From: Lachnospiraceae bacterium
GTDB taxonomy: Bacteria; Bacillota; Clostridia; Lachnospirales; Lachnospiraceae
Assembly (NCBI GenBank): GCA_022510605.1
Contig: JAFLTB010000005.1
Span: forward strand, 254 to 64,253
Reading direction: 5' to 3'
DNA length: 64,000 nt
Part shown: one piece after another, positions 17,895 through 26,596 of the stretch
How positions within the stretch are numbered: position 1 is the stretch's first letter
Layout of the letters: each line of letters begins with the position of its first letter
Translations under genes and position numbers: made by a program
The notes under the pieces: model-generated
Databases searched by the model: none
Seen by the model: only the letters and a program-made list of their open reading frames with translations
Told to the model about the DNA's origin: nothing

Positions 17895-18476
17895 ATGAAG
17901 AAGAAATGTTTATTATGGATGAATGTAGTGTTGGTGTTTGCATTGATTGCTGGGTTGGCATTTCCAGTAGTAAATGTTAATGCTGCGGGCAAATCAAAAA
18001 AGAAAAAAGTTTTAGTAGTCTATTTTTCAGCAACCGGAACCACAAAGAGTGCAGCCAAAAAGATTAATAAGGCGACAGGGGGGAAATTGCATGAAATTAA
18101 AGCAGCTGTTCCGTATACCAAAGCAGATTTGAATTACGACAATGATGACTGCCGGGCAAACAAAGAGCAGAAAGATGGCAGTGTCAGACCGGAGATTAAA
18201 GGAAAGGTGAAGAATATCCGCAAATATGACGTGATTTTTGTTGGATATCCCATCTGGTGGAGCAAAGAGCCTATGATTATCCGGACTTTTTTGGAATCCT
18301 ATAATTTGAAAGGAAAAATTCTTGTACCATTCTGCACCAGTGGTGGAAGTGGAATCTCCGGAAGCAAGAAAGGAGTAAAAGCGGCAGCCAAGGGTGCGAA
18401 AGTCCGGAAAGGGAAAGATTTGACGGATATGCCATATAAAAGTGTGAAAAAGTGGGCAGAGAAAAAGACAAAGTGA
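17895..18476 (+). CDS. flavodoxin-like protein with N-terminal signal peptide
   Basis: MKKKCLLWMNVVLVFALIAGLAFPVVNVNA|AG signal-like N-terminus, then the FMN phosphate-loop VVYFSATGTTK and GYPIWW...FCTSGGSG. Alternative start at ATG 17877. Confidence 0.72.
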   Translation: MKKKCLLWMNVVLVFALIAGLAFPVVNVNAAGKSKKKKVLVVYFSATGTTKSAAKKINKATGGKLHEIKAAVPYTKADLNYDNDDCRANKEQKDGSVRPEIKGKVKNIRKYDVIFVGYPIWWSKEPMIIRTFLESYNLKGKILVPFCTSGGSGISGSKKGVKAAAKGAKVRKGKDLTDMPYKSVKKWAEKKTK

Positions 18477-18542
18477 CTAAAAATGTAACTTGGTATTAGT
18501 AATATACACTATTTGCACAGTCGAAGAAAGGAGCGAAAGAGT

Positions 18543-19844
18543 ATGAGAAAGAGATATTTAATTAGGGAAGTGATTTCAGCATTTCTGATAGTAAGCCTGA
18601 TAATCAGTACTGCATTTACAGAAAAGCTGCTTATGATTTCGACAGCAAGTAGTTCAGTGAAAGGGATTCGCTTAAAAATAAATAGAAAGAATGTAACTAA
18701 AAAAACCTTTTCTATGAAACAGGGGAAAAAGCAGAAGTTAAAAGTAATCGTACCGAGACAGAAGAAGATAAAGATTGCTTTTCGTTCTAACAAAAGAAAC
18801 ATTGTATCTGTTTCAAAAGCGGGAACGCTTACGGCAAAAAGGGTAGGAAGTGCCAGAATTACCGTCACGGCAAAAGTAAAAAAGAAGAAGTATAAAGGAT
18901 GGGTAAAAATCAAGGTGATTTCTTCAGAAAGAAAAAAATCAGAAGGAGTTAAATCGGATACGAGGCCGGGGCAGACACCAAGTCCTTTACCGGAAAATGC
19001 ACCGACACCTTCATCAACACCTTCTGCCTCTCCTCCGGCAGTATCATCTAGTCCATCACCAGAGATGCCTACCCGTGTGATTGAAAAGGGTACAAAAATC
19101 AACATGCATTTTGGTGATACTATCATTCCGGGGATTCTTAATGAAAGTGATACAGCAAAAGCCCTGATTGAAAAGCTGCCATACACAGTTCATATGAGCA
19201 GTTATTCCCATGACTTCTGTGGTGTGTTGCCGTATGAACTTCCGTACAATGAGGATGAACTACATTATGGCTGGCTAAACGGAGATATTGACTATGCCAT
19301 TGGCGTACCTTATTTTACGATTTTACATTCAGATGAAGAAATTTCCGGACAGTATGGTCCACGGGTAAATATCGGTGTTATTACCTGTGAACTTGCAAAA
19401 ATCAGGAACTTAAGTGGAGACTATGATGTTTTAATTGAATTAGTAGAAGATGGCTCTGATTCTGAAAGTACAGGAAAAACAGATGATATAAAAAATATGA
19501 AAATGAATGTACAAATTGGAGATAAATCTTTTACCGCAACACTAGAAGATAATGTTGCGACTCGTGAGCTGGTGGAAATTATGAGAGAAGCACCAATTTC
19601 CATTGATATGAATGATTATTCTGGATTTGAAAAGGTCGGTCCTCTTGGAAGAAGTTTGACGACTGATAATCAGCAGACTACTACTACTGCAGGGGATATC
19701 GTCCTTTATAGTGGAAATCAGATTGTCATGTTTTATGGTTCAAACTCATGGAGTTATACCAGGATCGGAAAGATTGACGATCTGTCCGGTTGGGAAGATG
19801 CACTGGGGAGTGGCAGCATAACGGCAGTGCTTTCTCTTAAATAA
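18543..19844 (+). CDS. exported protein: anchor + basic Big_2 + Pro/Ser linker + two different cyclophilin-like-fold domains
   Basis: ATG 18543 lies 9 nt after GAAAGGAG. Hydrophobic VISAFLIVSLIISTAF. Lys-rich Big_2 block. Linker PSPLPENAPTPSSTPSASPPAVSSSPSP. Domain 1 is KINMHFGDTIIPGILNESDTAKALIEKLPYTV. Domain 2 is VQIGDKSFTATLEDNVATRELVEIM...GDIVLYSGNQIVMFYG. Confidence 0.75.
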   Translation: MRKRYLIREVISAFLIVSLIISTAFTEKLLMISTASSSVKGIRLKINRKNVTKKTFSMKQGKKQKLKVIVPRQKKIKIAFRSNKRNIVSVSKAGTLTAKRVGSARITVTAKVKKKKYKGWVKIKVISSERKKSEGVKSDTRPGQTPSPLPENAPTPSSTPSASPPAVSSSPSPEMPTRVIEKGTKINMHFGDTIIPGILNESDTAKALIEKLPYTVHMSSYSHDFCGVLPYELPYNEDELHYGWLNGDIDYAIGVPYFTILHSDEEISGQYGPRVNIGVITCELAKIRNLSGDYDVLIELVEDGSDSESTGKTDDIKNMKMNVQIGDKSFTATLEDNVATRELVEIMREAPISIDMNDYSGFEKVGPLGRSLTTDNQQTTTTAGDIVLYSGNQIVMFYGSNSWSYTRIGKIDDLSGWEDALGSGSITAVLSLK

Positions 19845-19868
19845 ATTGCAAATAAGGAGAAAAAGAGT

Positions 19869-20669
19869 ATGAAAAAAAGAATTTTAATCAGGAAAGTAAT
19901 TTCTGTATTTTTAATTGCAAGCTTGATAACCGGTACTGTTTTCATGGGAAATTTGTCCGTGATACCGGCAGCAGGCAGTACAAAGAGCAAAGTCTGTCTG
20001 AAAATCAACAACCGAAATGTAACAAAAAAACATTTTTCCGTGAAAGAGGGAAAAAAGAAGCAGATAAAGGTAACCGTACCCAAACAAAAGAAGGCAAAGA
20101 TTACGTTTCGCTCTGAGGAAAAAAGCATTGTATCTGTTTCAAAAACTGGAACGTTCACTGCAAAGAGAGAGGGAATTGCCAAAATTACTGCTATTGCAAA
20201 AGTAAAGGGGAAGACGTGTAAGGGATGGGTGAATATCCGTGTGATTCCCTCGAAAAAGAAAAATGCGGTAGCTGCGGGAATGCCCGCCCGTGTAATTAAG
20301 AACGGGACAAAAATTAATATGCATTTTGGTGACACTGTGATTCCAGGCGTTCTCAACAATAGTGTTACGGCAAAGGCGTTGATCAAAAAACTGCCATATA
20401 CAGTGCATGTGGAACGCTATTCCGAAGATTTCTGTGGCATAATGTCGGATGAACTTCCGTACAAAAAAAATGCGATGCATTATGGTTGGCTGGACGGGGA
20501 TATCGACTATGCTGTTGGTACATCTTATTTTACGATTCTTCATTCAGGGGAAGAAGATTCTGCGGAGTATGGTCCACGGGTAAATATCGGCGTTATTACA
20601 TGTAAACTCTCCAAAATTAGGAGTTTAAAGGGAGACTATGATGTTCTGATTGAATTGGCAGAAAGGTAA
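19869..20669 (+). CDS. exported protein: signal + basic Big_2 + one cyclophilin-like-fold domain (tandem paralog of the previous gene)
   Basis: MKKRILIRKVISVFLIASLITGTVF...PAAGS signal. Collinear similarity to 18543..19844 at DNA and protein level (for example INMHFGDTVIPGVLNNSVTAKALIKKLPYTV, GPRVNIGVITCKLSKIRSLKGDYDVLIEL). Confidence 0.75.
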   Translation: MKKRILIRKVISVFLIASLITGTVFMGNLSVIPAAGSTKSKVCLKINNRNVTKKHFSVKEGKKKQIKVTVPKQKKAKITFRSEEKSIVSVSKTGTFTAKREGIAKITAIAKVKGKTCKGWVNIRVIPSKKKNAVAAGMPARVIKNGTKINMHFGDTVIPGVLNNSVTAKALIKKLPYTVHVERYSEDFCGIMSDELPYKKNAMHYGWLDGDIDYAVGTSYFTILHSGEEDSAEYGPRVNIGVITCKLSKIRSLKGDYDVLIELAER

Positions 20670-20675
20670 GATGTT

Positions 20676-21578
20676 ATGCTGGAAACTATCCAGGGTGAGT
20701 TAGTTTATATCTGGTACTATTTCGATATTCAGTTCCGGCAGATTTTTGTATACTGGATTTTGGGAATGGTGATCGGTTCTCTTGTATCGGTGTTTGCCAA
20801 AGATAGAATACATAATTTGTTTGCCTCCATGCAGGGGACGAGGCTCGGAACAGTGGGAATTTTGTTGGCCAGTGCATTGGGGATTCTGTCCCCACTGTGC
20901 ATGTACGGGACGATACCCATTGCAGCATCCTTTTCCAGACAGGGTATGAGGGAGGACTGGCTGGCGGCCTTTATGATGAGCAGTGTTTTGTTAAATCCAC
21001 AGCTCTTAATGTACAGCACGGCGCTGGGGACGACCGCCCTGTTAATCCGGTTATTGTCCTGTTATGTGTGCGGAGTAGTGGCGGGCATACTGGTGAATTT
21101 TCGTTTTTCGGATAAACCTTTCTTCAATTTCGACGGATTTTCACCGGGTGAAAGTCATGATACCGACCCGAATCCTTTCCTGCGGTTTCTAAAAAATCTG
21201 GGAAGGAATATAAGGGCCACGGGCCCCTATTTCCTGATTGGTATTCTGCTTTCTGCTCTGTTCCAGCGCTATGTTCCCAGTGAACAGTTTGCATCCCTTT
21301 TTGGGGTCCACAAAGGATTTGGCGTTCTGTTGGCGGCTACCATCGGAGTCCCGTTGTATGCCTGTGGAGGGGGAACGATTCCTCTGCTGCAGGAATGGCT
21401 GATGTCGGGAATGAGCATGGGAAGTGCGGCGGCGTTCATGATTACAGGACCTGCTACCAAAATCACAAATCTTGGAGCCTTAAAAATTGTGCTGGGAATG
21501 AAGCATTTTGTAATTTATATTGTCTATGTCATGGTGTTTTCCTTTGTGACAGGATTTTTGATCAATCTAATCCTGTAG
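20676..21578 (+). CDS. DUF318/ArsP-type permease
   Basis: Polytopic membrane protein with two internal repeats, each carrying a Cys motif (GILSPLCMYGTIPIA and GVPLYACGGGTIPLL). Starts 6 nt after the preceding stop. Confidence 0.75.
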   Translation: MLETIQGELVYIWYYFDIQFRQIFVYWILGMVIGSLVSVFAKDRIHNLFASMQGTRLGTVGILLASALGILSPLCMYGTIPIAASFSRQGMREDWLAAFMMSSVLLNPQLLMYSTALGTTALLIRLLSCYVCGVVAGILVNFRFSDKPFFNFDGFSPGESHDTDPNPFLRFLKNLGRNIRATGPYFLIGILLSALFQRYVPSEQFASLFGVHKGFGVLLAATIGVPLYACGGGTIPLLQEWLMSGMSMGSAAAFMITGPATKITNLGALKIVLGMKHFVIYIVYVMVFSFVTGFLINLIL

Positions 21579-21630
21579 TGTTAGGAATCGTGTAGTGGAT
21601 ACTGCACAAATACCAGAATGGAGGCTGTAA

Positions 21631-22893
21631 ATGAACGGGAATATTTCAGAAAAATATGAGATGGGAAGCTGTACTATGCGTCGGTATCTGTTGATGCTTG
21701 TTTTTGTCATAGCAGCTTTTTGTATTTCTCTTTTTGCTTTGCGGTGGATAAAAATAAAATCGACGGGAAGTAAGATGAAACTGAATAAAAAGAATGTGAC
21801 ATTGGCAGTTGGGAAATCCCAGAAATTGAAAGTGAAAAATCTGCCGAAAAATGCCACTGTTTCATGGGTGTCCTCTAAAAAGTCCGTTGCCCCGGTCAGT
21901 AAAAAGGGCATGGTCAGGGCAAAGAAAGCGGGAAAAGCAACAATACGGTGCAAGGTTACTTACGGCAGTAAAAATAAAACCTTAAAATGCAAAGTGAATG
22001 TAATCAGAAAGAAGAAAAATAAGAAATCTGCGGTATTCATGACAACGGATATCAGTCCGAAAGGACTGATGGCAGTATATGAGGCCTTGAACTGGGACAC
22101 AAAGGGAAAAACGGCGGTCAAGGTCTCGACGGGAGAACCGCCTTCCAGCAATTATCTGGATCCAAATTTGATAAAAGATCTGGTGCAGTCTGTAGACGGG
22201 ACTATTGTGGAATGTAATACCGCCTATGGGGGTGACCGCTCTGGCACGGCTATGCACAGGCAGGTAGCAAAGGACCATGGTTTTACAAAGATTGCTAAAG
22301 TGGATATCATGGATTCTTCCGGGAATATGACACTGCCAGTAAACGGGGGGACTCACCTGAAAAGGAATTATGTGGGAAAGAACTTTGAAAACTATGATTC
22401 ATTCCTTGTTTTATCCCATTTTAAGGGACATGCGATGGCTGGCTTTGGTGGTGCCATAAAGAATACTTCTATTGGAATTGCCTCATCCAAGGGAAAGAGC
22501 TATATCCATTCCGGCGGCACGTCAACCAGTGGATTCGGCGGGGAACAGGATGCTTTTCTGGAGTCTATGTCAGAAGCAGCGAAAGCGGTTTCTGACAGTC
22601 TGGACAATGGTAAAAAGATTGTCTATATCAACGTGATGAATAATCTGAGCGTGGACTGTGACTGCGACGGATATCCCGCAGAGCCGAAAATGAAGGATGT
22701 CGGGATACTGGCATCCGCCGATCCGGTGGCATTGGATCAGGCCTGTGTGGATCTGGTATACAAACAGAAAAAGGGGGATGGAGCCTCACTGGTAAAAAGA
22801 ATTGAGTCCCGAAATGGTCTTCTCACACTGAAACACGCAGAAGAGATTGGTCTTGGTAGTCGTAATTATGAGATAAAAAGTGTAGATAACTAA
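21631..22893 (+). CDS. anchor + basic Big_2 module + DUF362 domain protein
   Basis: GGAGG sits 6 nt upstream. TM segment YLLMLVFVIAAFCISLFAL. Big_2 block (VAPVSKKGMVRAKKAGKATIRCKV). DUF362-like body (VKVSTGEPPSSNYL, HFKGHAMAGFGGAIKN, VDCDCDGYP, DPVALDQACVDLV). Confidence 0.7.
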   Translation: MNGNISEKYEMGSCTMRRYLLMLVFVIAAFCISLFALRWIKIKSTGSKMKLNKKNVTLAVGKSQKLKVKNLPKNATVSWVSSKKSVAPVSKKGMVRAKKAGKATIRCKVTYGSKNKTLKCKVNVIRKKKNKKSAVFMTTDISPKGLMAVYEALNWDTKGKTAVKVSTGEPPSSNYLDPNLIKDLVQSVDGTIVECNTAYGGDRSGTAMHRQVAKDHGFTKIAKVDIMDSSGNMTLPVNGGTHLKRNYVGKNFENYDSFLVLSHFKGHAMAGFGGAIKNTSIGIASSKGKSYIHSGGTSTSGFGGEQDAFLESMSEAAKAVSDSLDNGKKIVYINVMNNLSVDCDCDGYPAEPKMKDVGILASADPVALDQACVDLVYKQKKGDGASLVKRIESRNGLLTLKHAEEIGLGSRNYEIKSVDN

Positions 22894-22970
22894 GCAGACA
22901 TAAAAGCAATGTGAAAGTATTTCATAGTTTTGCTGGACAGATATAAGAGAGGAAAACGAGGAATCATTAT

Positions 22971-24113
22971 ATGAAAAACAGGAAAATCAGTTTGGCTGTA
23001 GCCATATTATCAGGGATTTCCCTGCTAGTGGCAGGATGTGGGAAAACGGAACAGTCATACACAGACAGAGAGAGTGAGATCGTGGAGGCAGATGAGGAAA
23101 GTGGGACTTCCAAGTCAGAGGACATGGATACAATAATTCCTACTTCGGAGATTGCTTCCCTGGAGGATGGGTTAGCTGATGTTCAGTATTCCGGTTATTA
23201 TGGTTTTTCTGAGTTTTTGAATCAGGGTGGAGCATCTTCGGACTCAGAGGTCATGGAATTTCTGACGGAGCATTTGTTTTCGGGAATGTCCGGTCTTATG
23301 TATTCCGGTGATGTATTTGGATGCAGTACCATTTCTGTTAAAAGTTCAGAAGGAAAGTATCTGTTTGGAAGAAACTTCGACTGGAATCAATGTGATGCAT
23401 TAGTTGTCAGTTATGAGCCGGAGGGACATGATTCCGGGGAATATGCGTCCCTGTCTACTGTAAACATGGACTTTATTGCCGCCGGTGCAGGAATGGATGT
23501 AGAGCAGTTTCCAGATCGGATGAAAACCATTGCAGCGTTGTATGCTCCCTTAGATGGAATGAATGAAAAGGGACTTTGTGTTTCAGTTAACATGATTCAG
23601 GATTCTGCCACTATTGAACAGAATACGGACAAGCCGGATATTACGACGACGACAGCCGTCCGTCTGCTGCTGAATCAGGCGGCGGATGTGGAAGAGGCAT
23701 TAAGTTTATTAAAACAATATGATTTGCATGCCTCCATGGGAATGATGATTCATTTTGCACTGGCAGATGCAGGTGGGCGTTCTGTCGTTGTGGAGTATAT
23801 AGGGAATGAGATGGTGGTGACAGATACACCTGTGGTGACAAATTTTTATCTGGCACCGGGAGAAAAGAATGGAATCGGAACAGAGCAGTCCCACACCCGG
23901 TATGAGATTTTGACAGAGCGATTGAAGGAAAAAGAAACAATGGATATGCAGGATGTAAGAGATGCACTGGACAGTGTCAGCAAAGACAATTTTGGGGAAT
24001 TTGAATCCACGGAGTGGAGTATTGTTTATAATCAGGACAGCGGGGTGGTCCAGTATTACCACCGGGAAAATTATGAAAAGGCATATTCCTTTCAGGTTCC
24101 GGCAAAAGGCTAG
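22971..24113 (+). CDS. lipoprotein, C45 / Ntn-hydrolase family (acyl-CoA:6-APA acyltransferase / linear amide hydrolase-like)
   Basis: Lipobox LLVAGC. Putative autoprocessing nucleophile in FGCSTISV followed by FGRNFDW, and later NEKGLCVSVN. Confidence 0.65.
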   Translation: MKNRKISLAVAILSGISLLVAGCGKTEQSYTDRESEIVEADEESGTSKSEDMDTIIPTSEIASLEDGLADVQYSGYYGFSEFLNQGGASSDSEVMEFLTEHLFSGMSGLMYSGDVFGCSTISVKSSEGKYLFGRNFDWNQCDALVVSYEPEGHDSGEYASLSTVNMDFIAAGAGMDVEQFPDRMKTIAALYAPLDGMNEKGLCVSVNMIQDSATIEQNTDKPDITTTTAVRLLLNQAADVEEALSLLKQYDLHASMGMMIHFALADAGGRSVVVEYIGNEMVVTDTPVVTNFYLAPGEKNGIGTEQSHTRYEILTERLKEKETMDMQDVRDALDSVSKDNFGEFESTEWSIVYNQDSGVVQYYHRENYEKAYSFQVPAKG

Positions 24114-24119
24114 CATAAA

Positions 24120-24153
24120 GGCGCCAATTTGAAACAGGGTTCAAATTGGCGCC
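24120..24153. terminator. bidirectional stem-loop between convergent genes
   Basis: Perfect 14-bp stem, GGCGCCAATTTGAA / TTCAAATTGGCGCC, with a 6-nt loop. Confidence 0.7.
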
Positions 24154-24162
24154 GTCGTTATA

Positions 24163-25038
24163 CTATAGTAAGCTTTGAAATTCTTTTAAAAATTTTTCTG
24201 CAGCCTTTGGAAATATCTGATATTTTTTCCAGATCAGGTTCATTCCGACATTCAGCTCCGGTTCGCAGGGAATGAAACAAAGATTGCTGTCTCCAGTGGT
24301 ATTGATGATTTTATCCAGGGCAAGGGCGTAGCCAAGCCCCTCGTCTACCATCAGAGAGGCGTTAAAAAGCAGGTTGTAAGTAGCAGTTACATTTAATTCA
24401 TCAATTTTTTTACCAAGCCATGTAGTCAGAAGATCACCGTCACGGGTATTGCGGTTAATAATGAGAGGCTGATTCCACAGGTTTTCCGGGTAGATGCTTT
24501 TCTTTTCTGCCAATGGACTGTCTTTCCGCATTAAAATACCATAGGCGTCTTTTACCGGAAATTCCAGATATTCATACTTGGAAGTATCTACCGGACCAAA
24601 TAGGAGTCCAAAATCAATCAGCCCTTTATCGAGACTTTCCAGAACATCTTTGGTATCGCCGCTGGAAATGTGATAGTGTATGTCGGGATAGGAGTGCTGT
24701 AACTGCCTTGCCGCTTTTGCTAACAGATGAACGGCATCCGTTTCTCCTGCACCGATATATACGTCCCCGGCAACGGTGTCGTCGGAAACCGTAATTTCCT
24801 GTTCTGTCTTTTGTACCAGATCAAGAATTTCCTCGGCACGTTTACGTAAAATCATTCCTTCTTCCGTCAAAGTGATTTTTCTGTTTCCCCGAATCATAAG
24901 CTGTTTTCCAAGTTCATCTTCCATGTCCTTTAATTGTCTGGAAAGGGTGGGCTGGGAAAGATGCAGTGACTCTGCGGCACCGGAAATACTCTGTTCTCTT
25001 GTAACGGCAAGAAAATATTGAAGGACTCTCAGTTCCAT
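24163..25038 (-). CDS. LysR-family transcriptional regulator
   Basis: Start trimmed to MELRVLQYFLAV (AGGAGGTGAGG upstream on the - strand). HTH segment SISGAAESLHLSQPTLSRQLKDMEDELG. Divergent from the 25213 operon. Confidence 0.9.
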   Translation of the reverse strand: MELRVLQYFLAVTREQSISGAAESLHLSQPTLSRQLKDMEDELGKQLMIRGNRKITLTEEGMILRKRAEEILDLVQKTEQEITVSDDTVAGDVYIGAGETDAVHLLAKAARQLQHSYPDIHYHISSGDTKDVLESLDKGLIDFGLLFGPVDTSKYEYLEFPVKDAYGILMRKDSPLAEKKSIYPENLWNQPLIINRNTRDGDLLTTWLGKKIDELNVTATYNLLFNASLMVDEGLGYALALDKIINTTGDSNLCFIPCEPELNVGMNLIWKKYQIFPKAAEKFLKEFQSLL

Positions 25039-25135
25039 CTGCCTCACCTCCTGTGAAAGAATTATTGTTATCGTTGCTTTACGAGTAGTATAACAAGAGG
25101 TAGATATAGCTGTCAAGCATAGAAGAGTATTATAT

Positions 25136-25172
25136 ATAAGCATTTGTTATTAAACAAAACAGATGATACAAT
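25136..25172 (+). promoter_or_regulatory. LysR-type T-N11-A box overlapping a putative promoter of the divergent operon
   Basis: ATAAGCATTTGTTAT (25136-25150; ATAA-N7-TTAT dyad). TTGTTA (25144-25149), 17 bp, TG at 25164-25165, then TACAAT (25167-25172). Confidence 0.45.
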
Positions 25173-25212
25173 GTAAATAACATGAAATGAATGGCTGGAG
25201 GGAGGGCTGATT

Positions 25213-26571
25213 ATGCTGGGACGTTTGCATTTACTCTGGGATTTGTATCAGTTAAAAAGAAATGAGTATAAAACCAGAGAACAAATTCGCACCCTGCAGG
25301 ATAAAAAGCTTCGCAAACTTCTTTATTATGCCTATGACCATTCCACATATTACAAAAGAACCTTTGAACAGGCTGGTATTACCAGAGAGCAGATAAGGAA
25401 GCTCCCTATATCAGCGTTTCCGACAATAGATAAGAAAATCCTGATGGAGCATTTTGATGAGATTGTGACGAGGGAAGATATTATGCAGGAGGAACTCCGG
25501 ATGTTTGATGAAGGAAGTTCCACAGAGCAAAAGGAGTTCCGTGGGAAATATCATGTAGTACATTCTTCCGGCAGCACGGGAATCCCAAGATATTTTGTAT
25601 ATGATACGCCTGCATGGAATCAGATGCTGCTCGGGATTATTCGTGGAGCGCTGTGGGACATGACAATGCCCGGAATATTGAAATTACTGTCAGGAAGACC
25701 AAGGATTTTATATGTTGCGGCCACCGACGGACGATACGGTGGGGCGATGGCAGTGGGGGATGGGATTGATGGTGTAGGGGCAGAGCAGATGTTTCTGGAT
25801 ATTAAAACTCCGCTTTCCCAGTGGATTTACAGTGTCAAAGAATTTCAGCCGGATATGATTATTGGTTATCCCTCTGCTATTAAAATTCTGGGTGAATTAA
25901 TAGAACGCAGTGAAGTTTCCGTAAATGTGCGCCGTGTGATTTCCTGTGGCGAGCCACTTTCACCGGGACTTAGGAATTATCTGGAACAGGTTTTCAGGAC
26001 AGTTGTTGTAAATTTCTATGGTGCCAGTGAATCTCTGGTACTGGGCGTGGAAACCAATCCGGCGGAAGGGATGTACCTGTTTGATGATATGAATTATATT
26101 GAAGTTGAGAATGGGAAGATGTACCTGACCTCTCTGTATAATTTTGCCCAGCCTCTGATTCGATACCGCATTTCTGACCAATTGACATTAATGCAATCAG
26201 ATTCTATGAGCAGATGTCCTTTTTTGCAGGCAAATATTCTTCTGAGCAGGAATGAAGATGTCCTGTGGTTTGAGGATCCTGAGGGGAAAAGAGATTTTCT
26301 ACACCCCCTTGCGGTAGAGGGCTTATGTGTGGAGGGGCTTTTGGATTATCAGTTCCGACAGACAGATAAGGATGCCTTTGAAATGTTGGCGGAGGTTTCC
26401 ACAAGTGAGAGAGAGGCTCATGTTCGAGGAGAGATTTTGAAACAGATGGAGCGGATTCTCCATGAAAAGAATTTGGATAATGTACGCTTTTTTGTGAAAT
26501 TTGTAGAAGAAATTCTGCCGGACTCCCGGACGGGAAAAAAGCAGCTGATAGTACAATATAATGAAGGATAG
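25213..26571 (+). CDS. PaaK / coenzyme F390 synthetase-like adenylate-forming enzyme
   Basis: N-terminus LRKLLYYAYDHSTYYKRTFEQAGI, AMP-binding core VVHSSGSTGIPRYF, GEPLSP, FYGASES, C-terminal GKKQL. Confidence 0.75.
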   Translation: MLGRLHLLWDLYQLKRNEYKTREQIRTLQDKKLRKLLYYAYDHSTYYKRTFEQAGITREQIRKLPISAFPTIDKKILMEHFDEIVTREDIMQEELRMFDEGSSTEQKEFRGKYHVVHSSGSTGIPRYFVYDTPAWNQMLLGIIRGALWDMTMPGILKLLSGRPRILYVAATDGRYGGAMAVGDGIDGVGAEQMFLDIKTPLSQWIYSVKEFQPDMIIGYPSAIKILGELIERSEVSVNVRRVISCGEPLSPGLRNYLEQVFRTVVVNFYGASESLVLGVETNPAEGMYLFDDMNYIEVENGKMYLTSLYNFAQPLIRYRISDQLTLMQSDSMSRCPFLQANILLSRNEDVLWFEDPEGKRDFLHPLAVEGLCVEGLLDYQFRQTDKDAFEMLAEVSTSEREAHVRGEILKQMERILHEKNLDNVRFFVKFVEEILPDSRTGKKQLIVQYNEG

Positions 26572-26596
26572 TGTAGGCTTCGGAATGGAGGTTAAA

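Noticed and set aside
18509-18526. Single sequence resembling the LytTR repeat half-site (ATTTGCACAGTCGAA) upstream of the first Big_2-cyclophilin gene.
   Set aside because: There is only one copy, with a gap relative to the repeat and no partner at a 20-bp distance. It is likely chance.
18509-20386. Two long antisense ORFs (18509..19186 and 19754..20386, - strand, 225 and 210 aa) opposite the Big_2 paralogs.
   Set aside because: They are Leu/Phe-rich mirror images of Lys-rich AAA/AAG coding sequence. They have no RBS and no recognisable motif, whereas the + strand ORFs have signals, RBSs and domain patterns.
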